From Curvularia clavata (lineage: Eukaryota): DNA of 64,000 bases. The notes under the pieces were generated by a model. It did not search any database, was not told the DNA's origin, and saw nothing but the letters and a program-made list of their open reading frames with translations. Positions 10,961-23,557 of this stretch are shown piece after piece (the stretch's first letter is position 1; the number at the start of each line of letters is the position of its first letter). Location: the NCBI GenBank assembly GCA_023920165.1, contig CP089278.1, positions 2,232,001 to 2,296,000 on the forward strand. Reading direction: 5' to 3'. A program made the translations under genes and the position numbers.

Positions 10961-12994
10961 ATGAGCGACTCGCAGCCACAACAACCCCAGCAGCAGCCCA
11001 CCGGCGGCCAGCAGCAACAGCTGCTACGCCCTGATGACATCCTGAAGCTACAGTGCCTCCCTGAGGATGAGAAGCAAAAGTATCGCTTGATCATGCAGAA
11101 CTCCTGGAACATCTGCAATCAGCACCCGCAAGGCAGTCCCGAAAATACCAACGCTCGTCAGAAGCTTATGGAATGGTCGCAAAAGTTCATTGCACGTGAA
11201 CGCCAGTACAGGGCAAAAATGAAGGCGCAGCAACAGCAGGGGAACCAGAATCAGGGACAAGCGGGTCAGTCCAACGCCGCTGGTCAGCAAAACCCGAATC
11301 CCGTCAAACCGGAGGGGGGACAGGCTCGTGTCGAAAACACTGCGGGAGCAGTTAACCATCAGCCGCAAGGTCAACAGCCATCTAATCAGGGCCAGAACCA
11401 AGGCCGCGGCCAGGTGGATCCTGCTATAGTAAAGCACGTCCAGGAATTCCCCATGCAGGGGCCGTTGACCGGACCTTCGCCGGGCACGCCCGAGTATGAG
11501 GTCAAATTGAAAGAATACCGGACTGGCTATCTGAACATGCTAGCGAAGCAATCTTCTCTGAGCGAGAACAGAAAGAAAATCATACAACAACTGAGCGAAC
11601 GACAGAGTAACGGGCAAGAGCTACCACAGGATCTACTCGCGTTGAAAGCCAAGATCGAGAAGGAGCATGCTAATATAAAACATCAAGTTGACAAGTTTCG
11701 AGCTTTGCAAAAACAGTGGAGGGAAGAGCGCGAGCAGAATTCGCAGGGCCAGGCGCAAACGCAAGGCCAGAACTCAGCGCAATCGCCGCCGCCGCCACCG
11801 CAACAGCAACAGCAGCAAACGTCACAACAACAATCTCAACCGCAGCCACCTCAACGGCAGCCATCACAACCTAATGTCCCTGCGCAACCCCAGATAAAAG
11901 AGGAGCCTCAGATCAAAATTGAGGGTGGACAGCCACCACAGCAGCCACCACAGCAGCAACCTTCGTCGCAACCACAATACAACGTGCAGGGAAACCAAGG
12001 GAACCAACAACAACCACCGCAACAGCAGCAGCAACAGCACAATCAGCAGATGCCACCTTCACTTCCGCAACAACAACAACCGCAACAACAGCCACAACAG
12101 CAGCAACCTCGACCACCACCAGCACACGCTCAGACAATGCCGCCAAATCAGATGCCGCAATTTGCGCAGCAAGGGCAGCAGCAAAACTTCCATCCGCAGC
12201 AGCGACCTCAAATCAACCCCATGCAAGCAAACGCCCATCAGCAGAGCAACTCGCCACACCCACAGTCTGCTACAGGAACTGGCCCGCCAGTCCCGCTCTC
12301 TCACCAAGCCGCTGTTAGCGCCGCGAACCGATCCTACACCGATCCTCAGCGTACAAACACCCCCATGCAGCCAGGACAGGGTGGCAACTTTGGCAGCCGC
12401 GAGCGCGAGCAGCTTAATAACCCCAAGATGCCAATTCCACGACACTTGAACGTAACCTCACCTCAAGCTGTGCATATGGGACAATCCAGGCCGACTATGA
12501 GTGGCCCTACCAACGGCGCGCCAGGACCAATGGGTCAGCCTGTGATTCCGCGACCACCCCCATTCCAGCTTGAGGGCGACGGCGACCGTGTACTCAGCAA
12601 GCGCAAGTTAGATGAGCTCGTACGCCAAGTCACCGGAGGCTCAGAGGAAGCCTTGACACCAGAAGTTGAAGAGGTAAATCCCACAATCCCTTCCTATAGC
12701 TGTTGCCGAACTTGTACTGACATCATCCTTACCCAGGCTGTCCTCCAGCTTGCCGACGACTTTGTCGATAACGTCATCAGCAACGCCTGCAAGCTCTCCA
12801 AACTGCGGGATTCACCCCAGCTCGATATCCGCGACATCCAAGTTATCCTCGAGCGCAACTACAATATCCGCATTCCAGGCTATGCTTCTGATGAAGTGAG
12901 GACTGTGCGCAAGATTGTCCCTGCACAGGGATGGGCCTCCAAGATGAATGCCGTCAATGCTGCAAAGGTCATGGGTGGCAAGACGGACTTTTAA
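10961..12994 (+). CDS. TAF12: TFIID/SAGA subunit 12 with a long Q/P-rich region
   Basis: C-terminal histone fold [15 protein letters not shown]...LADDFVD...ACKLSKLR...[12 protein letters not shown]; 63-nt intron at 12674-12736. Confidence 0.93.
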   Translation: MSDSQPQQPQQQPTGGQQQQLLRPDDILKLQCLPEDEKQKYRLIMQNSWNICNQHPQGSPENTNARQKLMEWSQKFIARERQYRAKMKAQQQQGNQNQGQAGQSNAAGQQNPNPVKPEGGQARVENTAGAVNHQPQGQQPSNQGQNQGRGQVDPAIVKHVQEFPMQGPLTGPSPGTPEYEVKLKEYRTGYLNMLAKQSSLSENRKKIIQQLSERQSNGQELPQDLLALKAKIEKEHANIKHQVDKFRALQKQWREEREQNSQGQAQTQGQNSAQSPPPPPQQQQQQTSQQQSQPQPPQRQPSQPNVPAQPQIKEEPQIKIEGGQPPQQPPQQQPSSQPQYNVQGNQGNQQQPPQQQQQQHNQQMPPSLPQQQQPQQQPQQQQPRPPPAHAQTMPPNQMPQFAQQGQQQNFHPQQRPQINPMQANAHQQSNSPHPQSATGTGPPVPLSHQAAVSAANRSYTDPQRTNTPMQPGQGGNFGSREREQLNNPKMPIPRHLNVTSPQAVHMGQSRPTMSGPTNGAPGPMGQPVIPRPPPFQLEGDGDRVLSKRKLDELVRQVTGGSEEALTPEVEEVNPTIPSYSCCRTCTDIILTQAVLQLADDFVDNVISNACKLSKLRDSPQLDIRDIQVILERNYNIRIPGYASDEVRTVRKIVPAQGWASKMNAVNAAKVMGGKTDF

Positions 12995-14317
12995 ATTCTC
13001 ATGTCCGAATGGAGAAAACTGATGTACCTTGGCTATGATGATTCGCTTTGGGGCTCTACGAGGGGATAGAAACGTTTTGGGTTTGGTTTTACTTATCTTT
13101 TGCTCGAAGGCGCTTGGTCGCAAATACCTTTATTTTTCAGTGCCATGGTTTTATCAACAAGAGGGAGCATTATCCGGTTTGTCAAGGATGTGATTGACAA
13201 AACCACAGGGGAGTAGGGGTGAGGGGAGTTGCAGCTATTTGAAAAAAATAAAGCTTTTCCACCTACTTCTTTCTTTTCTACACTTTATTGATTCGTTAAA
13301 AAATTCTATGCTTCGTAATTTTACACGTTGATATATTCTTTTTGCAAACTACAACACCAACGATATCGACTTGCCCAAGAACACCCAGACAACTAAATTC
13401 CTTTGCGTATACGAAAAGATGCGATTGACTATTACATGACTGTATCCTCTCAATGTCCCAATACACTGTGAAATAACATGTCCCTCTTGTGCTTGTCACT
13501 CAGAGTCATCTTGCTTGTATTGCTTATGTGCCTCATTTGTTCTCTCTCATCGTTTTTCTACAAAATCCCCAATGTCCTCCTTGCAGTTATTTGAGGTATA
13601 TTTAACAAGATCCGGCGGCGAGGTTCGGTACAAGCGCAATATGTCGAGGTCAGCATATTCCTTAGTGTCCGTGATGCTATCCTTCTTTCATGGACGTTCA
13701 GAGACAATACTAGGGCTTTTGCAGGATGCCGCTGAGTGCCGAGTCGAAGGAGAGCTCATGACCACTAAAATTAAAGGGGATCCCTATCTGTGAGGGCGCC
13801 CTTGGATCGTGAATATAACTACATGTATATATTTATATATATGCACGTGTGTATGTGTGCTTTGAGGCCCTGTACAGAGAATAATTACTGCTATCAAGCG
13901 TGTGGGGGAAGGAGTGGCAATCCTGCACACTGTTCTAAAGCAAAACTTATTCCTACTTTGTGATGCTTCTTTGTGAAAAGCTGAAACCCCCTTCATGCTG
14001 GTTGTAATAGACGCAGGTTGGGAGCACGTTAGAAAACTGCGCGCCATCTTGCACGACTTAAGCGACAAGATGGGCCAGTCTAAAACGCCACATCATTACA
14101 TTACATTTGATTGTATTTGCCACGGCCCTGAAATCTAGAATACTTTTTTATTCCAAACACCTTATTAGTGCCCAGTTACGCCAGGCAATGCATGTCTAAA
14201 AACGATCCAAAAGCAAGCCACGAACTTTTCTAAAGCAGCAACAGGGCGTACGCGCCACGATGTCTGCCATACGCACCCAACTCCGACGAAAACCCGAAAT
14301 CCCCCAAGGAAGTGCTT

Positions 14318-17300
14318 CTAGGGATCAATATTGTACTTGAGTCTAATACCCATGCTCGACAACTCCACATCCAGGTATTTGAGAACACCGGGGACCGCAA
14401 CGATCGCGACGTCATCTCCGCCACAGTATCTCATGCCTTGAGCATCCATCCATACGTCGGACTTGTTGGTAACTCCGTCCGCTAGCGTGGCGCATCGTCT
14501 GCAGCGGATAGTAACGTCCTTGCCGTTTCTGTCTTTCTTGCGACCATATTCGCTGACAGTGGGTGTAGTGCTGAGGAAAGAACCACATGATCTACAGACA
14601 GCTGCTTTGGTGTAATCGGAACAGTTCATTAGACGATCTTGTAGAAGGAAGGCGGTACCGTGGGCCTAATGCAAAGTTAGCATGTAAAACAAAAGACGGG
14701 TCTGGGCTAGCGCCACAGATAATGGTAGGGTTAGACTTACCAGAAGAGCGTCGCGCTCCATTTCACCAACACGGATACCACCACCTTTCTTCCTACCCTT
14801 GATGGGCTGGCCGGTCAACGAGTTCACGGGACCGTTGCTTCGCACCTGGAATTTGTCGTTCACCATGTGACGAAGACGTTGGTAGTAAACTACACCAATA
14901 TAGATATCGGCATGGAGTTCTTGACCAGTAATTCCAGAATACATGGGCTCGTTACCGTGGTAGTTATAGCCTGCTGCTTTCAACTGAGCACCAAAGTAGT
15001 CGACGGCAGTGTTTTGTTCGTCGAATCGGAAAGGAGTTGAATCTTGTGCCATGCCATGGAGCGCTCCTGACTTTCCAGCCAGTGATTCGACGAACATACC
15101 GATTGTCATACGAGAAGGGAAAGCGTGGGGGTTGATGATGACATCTGGCTGCATGCCTGACTCAGAGAATGGCATGTCGGGCGTGGGGAATTTCTGAGAT
15201 ACGACACCCTTCTGACCGTGGCGAGAAGAGAACTTGTCTCCAACAACGGGGGAACGCGGTGTTCGCAGCTTGATGGAGAGCTTTTGACAAGGCTGAGTGC
15301 CGTCTTCAGAGCCAATGATGCGAACTTCCTCAACGAAAGCAACCTCTTCCTCCTTGTACTTGAAGAACTGAGTTTGTCCATCGCGGTTTACGTATTCACC
15401 TGTAGCTGCGTCGTAGGAGACGGAGTGCCATGCTGCGATAGGATCACCGGACCGCAGCATAGTTCCAATACGAGGCAGGCCGTCGACATCTAGAGTCTCC
15501 TTTGACTCAGCTTTGATCAGGCCCTCAGGCGCGAAACCGAAAAGCTTAGAAACCGTCTTGCTCGATCGATTCCTGCGGCTTCCTTCCTCTAATTCACAGA
15601 TCTTGGTCTTGTAGACTGTTCCGTGACCAAAACCGCGTTCATGTGCCGACTTGTTCAGGATCATAGCATCGTCCATGTCGTAGCCAGTGTATGAGATAAC
15701 GGCCACAACAGCGTTCATTCCATTGGGGAAGTTGTCCATTCCATACTCGTTGTGCAAGGGAGGTCTAGCGATAGGAGTCTGACCCGTCTGCAGTCGGTAG
15801 GTTTTGTTGTCTGTTCGATACCTCATGGCAGTTCCCGGTGTGCCCATCGATTGCTTACCCATCTGACACTGGTACATGTTTCGCGGCGATTGGTTGAAGT
15901 CGGAGAAGGGAGTCTGATTGGCGATGATGGAGAAGATGTTTGTCGGGTCGAATTCGACGTGCGTTGAGTCGCCAGAAACAATCTCAGCGTCTGTGCAAGA
16001 AATGGACATGTAAGGTTGCTCAAATGGTCCAACGTAGTCTAGCTTGTTGAGAGGCAGGTACTTGACAGGCCGGTACATTCTCGAGCACTGCGAGAACATG
16101 TAGACTCCCGGATACTGGCCGTTGTTCGAGTTGGGAATGTAACCAATCTCCATCTCCAGAGGTACACCGTGCGAGCCCTCAACCTTCCAGTAACGCAGTG
16201 TGTCACTAATAACTTTGGCTTGCTTAGGCGAGCAGAAGCCCAGTACGCGACCGTCTAGCTGTACAACAACACTGGCGTCGAGAGAAGCGGCTGATTTACT
16301 TGACACACCGAGCTCTGCAACGAGCTTGGGAACTGCCGAGACGTCGAGATTGGTTGTCGCAATCTTGCATTTGTGCGCAAAGTGGTTAAGAAGCCCGCAA
16401 GGAGAACCATCAGGAGTATGGACAGGACACATGAAACCCCAAGATTCAGGGAGAAGTTTTCGGACGGTTGTTGTTTTGAGCTGGGCGAAGAAAGCACCTC
16501 TGTGCACCATTCGGAAATGTGAGATAAATCTTTCAAAAGTCAGTAGAGTGCCAGTAAAAGATAGAATTGTGACTGACCTTGGGAAATTGAGCTTTTCCGC
16601 TACTACCACAAATCCAGAAGTTTGTTGTAGATCGAGACCGGTCTGTGTTGCTGATCAGTGTATGCCTTTTGTGAAATCTAGGTGGAGAAGATTCTTACCG
16701 GCGAAACAAGGTTACCCGTACTAAGGAAGTACTCCATAGCCTGACCGATATTCATCTGTGTCCGTCGCAAGATTTTGGAAGACCAATCCTTGTGAAACTC
16801 TTGTGAGGTAAACGGCCGGTACTCGGTCTTCCGTCCCCATTCTCTCAAAACAAGCTGGAAGCTGTTGAGCCATTCTTCTAGCCTCTCCTTCAGAATCATG
16901 CCATACAGCTGTCCACCTAACAGAATCTCCTGGTTCTGGACAGCATCGGGGTTGTCGACAGCGCATTCTCCTTCGACCAAAGCATAGAGCTTCCTGGTCA
17001 TGAAGAGAAGCATGCGGAATTTATCTGCATCTTGAGCAGGGGTAACGTTTGCGCAGCCTAGGTGAGGAAGTACGATTTTGCGTAGGAATTCTGTGCCGGC
17101 CTCCTCGTCTGTGATATCTGCAGGCAGTTGCATGACGACCTTGAACTTCTCGCCCAGGTACGCCCGGGTCTTCGCTTTGGAGTGCAGGCCATAAACCTTG
17201 TATGTTCGGAGCAGCAACTCCACTCTGTCAGTTACGAATTGCTTTTGTTCAAGACCCTCGGATCCCGCTGCGCCTACGAGACCCTCAAATATTTCGCGAT

Positions 17301-18414
17301 CGTTCGTCTCGACCAAGGCCTTAAGGACCATGCATATTGGCACTAGGTATTCCTGAAACAGCGTTAGCAAAACGAGCGCATGATAAACGACCTGGTGGTT
17401 CGTACAGATTTACGCCACGAGAAGCGGAAGTTGACATTGCCATCGCTGAGGTAGTGTAGAGCGTTGGTCTGTGAAGTTTGGTCCGGTCGCATCGATCGAA
17501 TTTGAATACCGAACTGAGTGTAACCGGGACCGCGGTTGGTGAAGGCACCACGCTTGATGGCCATGGGGTAGTTTCGGTGGTTGACTTGGAGCATGCGAAT
17601 AATCTTTTCGTTGCCGTTGACGATGAAGTATCCACCGAGCTCATCGCTCTCCTCCTTTGCCTTGACTAGAGCAGCTGGTGGGAGACCCTCAAGGTGGCAG
17701 CGATTGGATCTAAGCATGATGGGGACTGAGCCCAGATCAGCGATCTCCTCTTGCCAATCTCCATTGTTGACCCTCCACTCCAATCGCGCGCGCATCTTGC
17801 CGCGGTATGTGGCATGTCGTTCGCGGGTCTCCGCAGGGAGGATATTACGGTTCTTAAGGGCGACTTTGTTGGTGGGTGGCAGGACAGGCTTGTCGAGGAA
17901 GACATCTTGTATGCGCAGATACAGCCTGTTGCGGGGGCCAGTCTCTTCGGGAGACGCATATGGATCGCCATCGAGGAAGATCTTGGTGCCAATGTCTCGA
18001 ATACCCTCAGCTAGCTGGCCGCCATGAGCGAAGATGGCGTTGAACGACTCGATATGAGGATCGACGGCAGCAGCGAGCGTCGGGTAAGCGGTCTTGTCCT
18101 TTGGTGGATTTCGGAACAGATCGTGTCGCCGCAGAGTATCGAACTAGAGTAACATTAGATATTTTTCGCTGCCATAGAGACTCTCCCACAACTGGTGAAA
18201 CCGGAAAATGGCGGCCTACAAAACCACGCTGCGTTCCAGTAAAACGACCACTTTTTTAAAAATAGCTGTAATCGCCACAGGTATCGTTTACCACTCGTTT
18301 CGCTTTCCTGGTTTTACCGGCTGTGGGAACGAGTAAAGAAGCTGAGAGAGCACCTACTTTTGTCGACCACTGCGGCTGTGGCTTGGTCGTTGTTGCGCTT
18401 GCGGCAGGCGCCAT
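14318..18414 (-). CDS. RPA135: RNA polymerase I second-largest subunit (6 exons)
   Basis: GGYFIVNGNEK, SHFRMVHRG, TTVRKLLPESWGF, CPVHTPDGSPCGL, GYDMDDAM, GDKFSSRHGQKG and GGIRVGEMERD motifs, plus a C-terminal zinc ribbon. Exon 1 is 18358-18414. Confidence 0.97.
18184..18328. repeat. Imperfect 25-bp inverted repeat inside RPA135 intron 1
   Basis: Arms 18184-18208 and 18304-18328 pair at 20 of 25 positions. Confidence 0.8.
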
Positions 18415-18946
18415 GGTTCCCGGAAGTTGGGTTGTGCTCTACGATTTCGGAAACAGGAGACAGAGGCGCAGCTCACGAGGACATGCGCAAGCCGGATTGG
18501 GAGGACGGCCGTTGCAGTAGGGTGGGTATGGAGGGAGCACAGCGAGGTGCAGCGCGATGGTGAAGTTGGGATGCCAATCTCGAACTTTTTTATCAGACTA
18601 GTCGGATAGGCAATCCCTGTCTAGCGCCGTGGGCCCCAAAGTCACACGCCGCGGCGGCTCCATCACTGTGCTGCAGCGTGAACCACTCCTGGCCTTCGTT
18701 AGGGCGGCACAGCTCTGCTTCTCTACCTCCTCACGGCATTGTCTGGCACTTCTTCGCATCTCCCGTCACGGTTGAGCCGTCGTCATTTTGCGGTTGCTAC
18801 TGCTAACTCTAACGCGGCGATCACGCCTACTACATGCCCCGCAGCAAGGATCAAGGTTCCCAGGCTTCCTCCATCGCCCGTACATCACCAATCCTCCTAA
18901 CCAGACCTCTTCAGCATCGAGTCAGTATTCCATCGCGACCACGGCC

Positions 18947-20052
18947 ATGGCGAACCTCTTCCGTCGCATCTATGACTGGCTGCTCCGCCTGTTCTGGTAC
19001 GCCTACCTTTGAGCTTTTCTCTTCGTCACCTGCGCCACGCCTGACGCGCCATTTGGTGCCTCTCATCTGGCCTGTTATGGCCCACCCAGACCTGCAGCCT
19101 GACGGGCGACGACGACCTGAGATGGAGATGCCGACTGCTGACCTTGTCTAGGGCGACCGAGATGGACATCACCATGATTGGATTGCAGAATGCTGGCAAG
19201 ACGTCGCTCTTGAGAGTTCTGGCGGTGAGTCGCTTCCTGATGCAGAACCACGATGCCATGTTGGCGTGGGTTATCCAGCTGGATGCAAGCTGACCGATTG
19301 CTGTCTAGGGCGGAGAGTTCACTGTCGAGTAAGTTCAAAGTTGGTCCCGAGGCGCGCAAGCCTACGGCGACAATGTTCCACGAGAATGCCGATGCTACAG
19401 CTTCGCGCAACCATGAGCGTCATGGTAGTGGGGTCCATGCGCTGACTATGGTCCTAGCTCCATCCCCACCGTCGGCTTCAACATGAAGCGTGTCCAGAAA
19501 GGCCATGTAACCTTGAAGTGGTGAGTATTTTTTTTCCATCATCTCCTTGGTCACGCATGTTGGGCTGTTGCAGCGCCATTCCCGTTTGAGCCGGCCTGGC
19601 GGGGCGTAGGATAATCTACTAGGACCAAGGCGTGTCTGCTGACCATCGACAACAGTTGGGACCTGGGGGGCCAACCTAGGTTTCGTTCCATGTGGGAGCG
19701 GTACTGCCGCGGGGTAAATGCGATTGTGTACGTGTAGTTCGCATGTGATGGAGAGACTTGATTTGCTCATCAGGCTAGGTTCATTGTCGACTCGGCTGAT
19801 AAGGAGGCTCTACCCGTGGCTAAAGAAGAGCTCAAGCTCCTTCTAGAGAAGCCAGCACTGGAAGGAATTCCACTTCTTGTCTTGGGCAACAAGTCGGACT
19901 TGCCCAACAAGCTCTCGGTCGATGAGCTGATTGAGGCGTTGGATCTCAAATCGGTGTCGCACCGAGAAGTGAGCTGCTACGGCATCAGCGCAAAGGAAGA
20001 GACTAATCTCGACGCGGTGCTCCAGTGGTTGATTGCCCGGGCCAGCAAATGA
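18947..20052 (+). CDS. ARL8: Arf-like small GTPase Arl8 (6 exons)
   Basis: N-terminal amphipathic helix [27 protein letters not shown]-loop, [28 protein letters not shown] and ISAKEETN. Confidence 0.93.
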
Positions 20053-21625
20053 GAGAGTAGGTGTGTTATTCGACTTGGATCGGACGGTAACGTGACCGAC
20101 GACACATGACGGTCGCAGCGCATTCGACTCGGGTTGGTATTTTTTTTTCAGTGGCAACTTGGACGAGGCCTATGGGGTTAGATTCTTACGAGTTACGGTC
20201 GTCAGCTTTCTACGATATCTTTAATGATTCTTACGACTTGATGGAAGAAAAGACAGGCAGATCGCTCTGCAGGCTAGCGATGGCCATTCCAGTTCCGCAG
20301 CGCTCAACACGTTTACGACTTCTCATGTTATTAGTTACGGCGGCAGGCCCTATTTCTGTCGTGTATCATTTTGGTTGCTTGTTTCATACTTGGAGCGAAC
20401 ATGTTGTACCAGGTGCTAGGGAAAGCATGAGAAGAGGGACCATGGGGGAGGGTTTGACAAATTTAGCAGCGTATATTTTTATCTTTTGTAGGGGTCCATG
20501 GAGAGTGCGGTGAGCATGGCAGCAATGTAATGGACTCTTCAGGTCTCTGTCGACTAGTATTGTCTTGGAGTTGCTCGTGACTCAGATGGCTCGTGTGGAG
20601 GTGCGCGTGGACGCCAGGAAATTTCTTGTTTCTAGACGGGCTGACCCAAAGGGCCGTCCGTGATTGAGGGCCGGAAAGCAATTGTGGACGCCGATGGCGC
20701 TGGCGCTCCGTGTTGCTTTGTTTTGTTTTCCTTTGTGCATGGGCGGCGTCGTGTTTGTGGTGTTTAGAAGGGGCTTGTTGCACGGGGGATTAGTGAGGCG
20801 AGCAGGGGCGCAGAGGCATGCTCGCGCGTAGGTCAAAGGACGACGAACAGGTCGACGGCGAGCGAAGAGAGGATCAATGGGCGGAATGGCAACAGGCGAC
20901 GGCGAGGGACAAACAACTATTATTTCACACAATGCGCGCTGGCAAATTGGCGGGCCCCAGGCAAATCCATGCCATCAACAGTTGAACAACTCATCCTGCA
21001 TTAGCGCCTCCCAGGGAATGGAGAGTAGAGAAGAGGTGATTGGCCCGGTGAATGGTGAGCGGTGCCAACCCCTGCTTGTCGAAGCGTGGTAGACGAACCG
21101 ACGAGCTGGAGGGGCTCAGGGCAATGGGGATAAGGCCAGGACCCGCCAGCGTGTGGCCGTACTTGGATTTGCAAACGCGGAGGGGAAACTGTGGCGTGGG
21201 TTTGGGGAGAGGGGTGTGTGGCTTGGGTCGGGCGAGAGAGAGAGTGTGTGTGGGGTCGCCGGGCATGCCAGCCGTCGTCAAGTACAAAGTAGCACTGAGG
21301 CGTGGCTGCAACGACGTGGTCGTGATACAAGACAAAGTTGCCCAAACCGGACACGCTCTCGCCACCGTCTCACAAGGCATCAGCTGGAACGCGCAACGAG
21401 ACCTGCTTTGCGCGTCCGAATCGTCCCTTGGAGGTAGTAGACGATTCCAATTCCATTCCGGACGCCGCTCGGCATCCGTTCCGAGACGTCACGTGCGCCA
21501 CATCCGGCTCGTCTTTAGTCAGATTACGTAGAACTAGAACAGCCGACGCAATCACGTCGTCCCGGTAGGGCTGAGTACGTACACGCGACGATGCCTAATA
21601 TCGCCATCTTCCATTTCCTTCGAGA

Positions 21626-21655
21626 GAATCGAATCGAACCGAACCGTACCGTACC
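21626..21655. repeat. Graded pentamer array GAATCx2-GAACCx2-GTACCx2
   Basis: Direct reading of the sequence. Confidence 0.85.
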
Positions 21656-22016
21656 ACGACGCCGTTGCACATTCAACAACATCGTCGCCAGCGCACCACC
21701 CAACTGTGCGCGACTTTTCGTATAGACAATCCACAACAGCACTGTCCAAGACCGTCCTAGTTATCCTTCGTCACCTATGCGGGCGCAGACCATCCGCAGA
21801 CTCCGCTCTGCTCGTTGAGTGGTCCGCCCAGCTCAAGTCTACCACGTCTTGCCAAGCGGGGCTGTCCTTGGCTTGTGGCTGAGCATCCGTCCCAACCTTG
21901 TTGGCTCCCGCTTATATTGTCACGCCAGCTCGTCATTCTCCACCTTGTCGTCCTCTCACTCGCGACTCGACCTCCCAAGCTTTGCTCTTAGCTCGACATT
22001 TTATTGCTATATCACC

Positions 22017-22814
22017 ATGCATCTGCACATCAGGCAGTCCTACTGGGACGATGACGGGTAAGTCTTGCGCCACTTCTCCTTGGGTCGGTCTTAGGGTGGC
22101 TGTGCGGCTGCCACGGGTAGCGGCTGGGCTGTGACGATCAGTCCTGGTTGTTTGCAACGTACGACGTCACAATGCCATCCCAAACCCGCTTCAGTCGGCA
22201 CCTCCTCGCACTCGTACTTGTATACCTCCTTCTCCCTATGCCTTCGTGACTTGATCTCCTCCGCACAATTCCTCTCGTCTCTGTAACCTTCTGCTCAGTG
22301 TTACAAACACCCTCATCAGCAACAATCTAACACACCATGGCTAGGTGTTACTACGACCGATATGGCTATAGGCGCTGCACAAATTCGGCATGGAATAACT
22401 GGGTCCGATGGGTAGTACTCGTCGTTATTGTCGTTGGCTTCCTCCTTCTCTTCGTACTATGCTCGTAAGTTATTAGCCTACTTCAATGCACCACAGACAT
22501 AATCTAACCTACATCATAGCTGCCTCACAGCGCGTCGCCGCCGCAAGGCAGGACGCAAGCCATTCTACGGAACTGGCTGGGCCGCTCGTCCTGGCCTCTA
22601 CAACAACCAAAACCAGTACAACGCCCAGCCATACTACGCCAACCAGCCCGCTCCTCCCTATGACGCTGCTGTGAATAACCACAACAACGGATACTACGGC
22701 GGTGGCGCAAACCAAAACTACTACGGTCAACAGAGCGGCGTCGAACTTCAACAGCCTCAGCCAGCCTACGGCGGCTATGCGCCTCCTCCAGGTCCACCAC
22801 CAGCCAAGGCCTAA
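22017..22814 (+). CDS. RCR-like small single-pass membrane protein (Congo-red resistance / PY-motif adaptor family); missed by the ORF track
   Basis: Exons 22017-22057, 22345-22464 and 22520-22814 give ...SAWNNWVRWVVLVVIVVGFLLLFVLCSCLTARRRRKAGRKPFYGTGW...APPY...YAPPPGPPP. The TM segment, RRRR, P-x-YGTGW and Pro/Tyr-rich tail fit the family. Confidence 0.85.
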
Positions 22815-23557
22815 GGCTGCGATGAGCCCTCTTACCGTCAAAAGCGGCTTACCAACACCTGAAGTTTCCTTAGAAAAACGCTGGGAGTTGGGTAATGGTA
22901 AAGATAAGACGAAAATGACAGACTGAATGGATAAAGGTTGTGATATGGGATTAAGACTTTTGACGTAATGCTCGATACCTCTTTTTATATTTTATGTTTA
23001 ATGTCATGTTTTCGTTCGATGATACGTTTACTTCTTTGGTTTCGATTACACATGCTCTGTTAAAAGAGTAGATCATGTCTAATGGAATTCTTGATAGATT
23101 CCGTGCTTACCTATCGCTACCATAACCACGTGCAATTTGATGATGCCGTCTTACCCGTGGAACGAAACAAAGGATGACGTGCAACATGTAAACGTCAGGG
23201 ATTATACAAGGTGAAACACAACGCCATTCAAGCTAAATTTTCTACCCCGTTTACTTCGTCTCGAAAAAAAAGGCACCAAGCAATCAAGGACATTTAAGCA
23301 ATCATACTAGTAATCGTCAAAATCCATCAACATTATATACTTCATATCGCATTTTTTCCATCCTTGTCTTGCAGGCATCTTTGCAACCTCTACGAAGCCA
23401 GGTTAGGACAAAGTCCCTTCATCACCATTGCTAACGCATTGTTTTCTTCCTTTTTTTCCTTGAAACCTTTCTCTTCCCTACAAGTCATGGAAACGCTAAG
23501 CATACAAGCTGTCAACCCATCAATGCACAAAAAAGCTCACGCTACCCTTCAGCCTTC

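Noticed and set aside
11750..12250. CAG/CAA-rich repeats
   Set aside because: They encode the Q/P-rich low-complexity region of TAF12 and are not a separate element or CRISPR-like array.
20100..21990. Numerous short ORFs between ARL8 and the RCR-like gene
   Set aside because: No family motifs or coherent splice structure; reads as UTR and promoter sequence.
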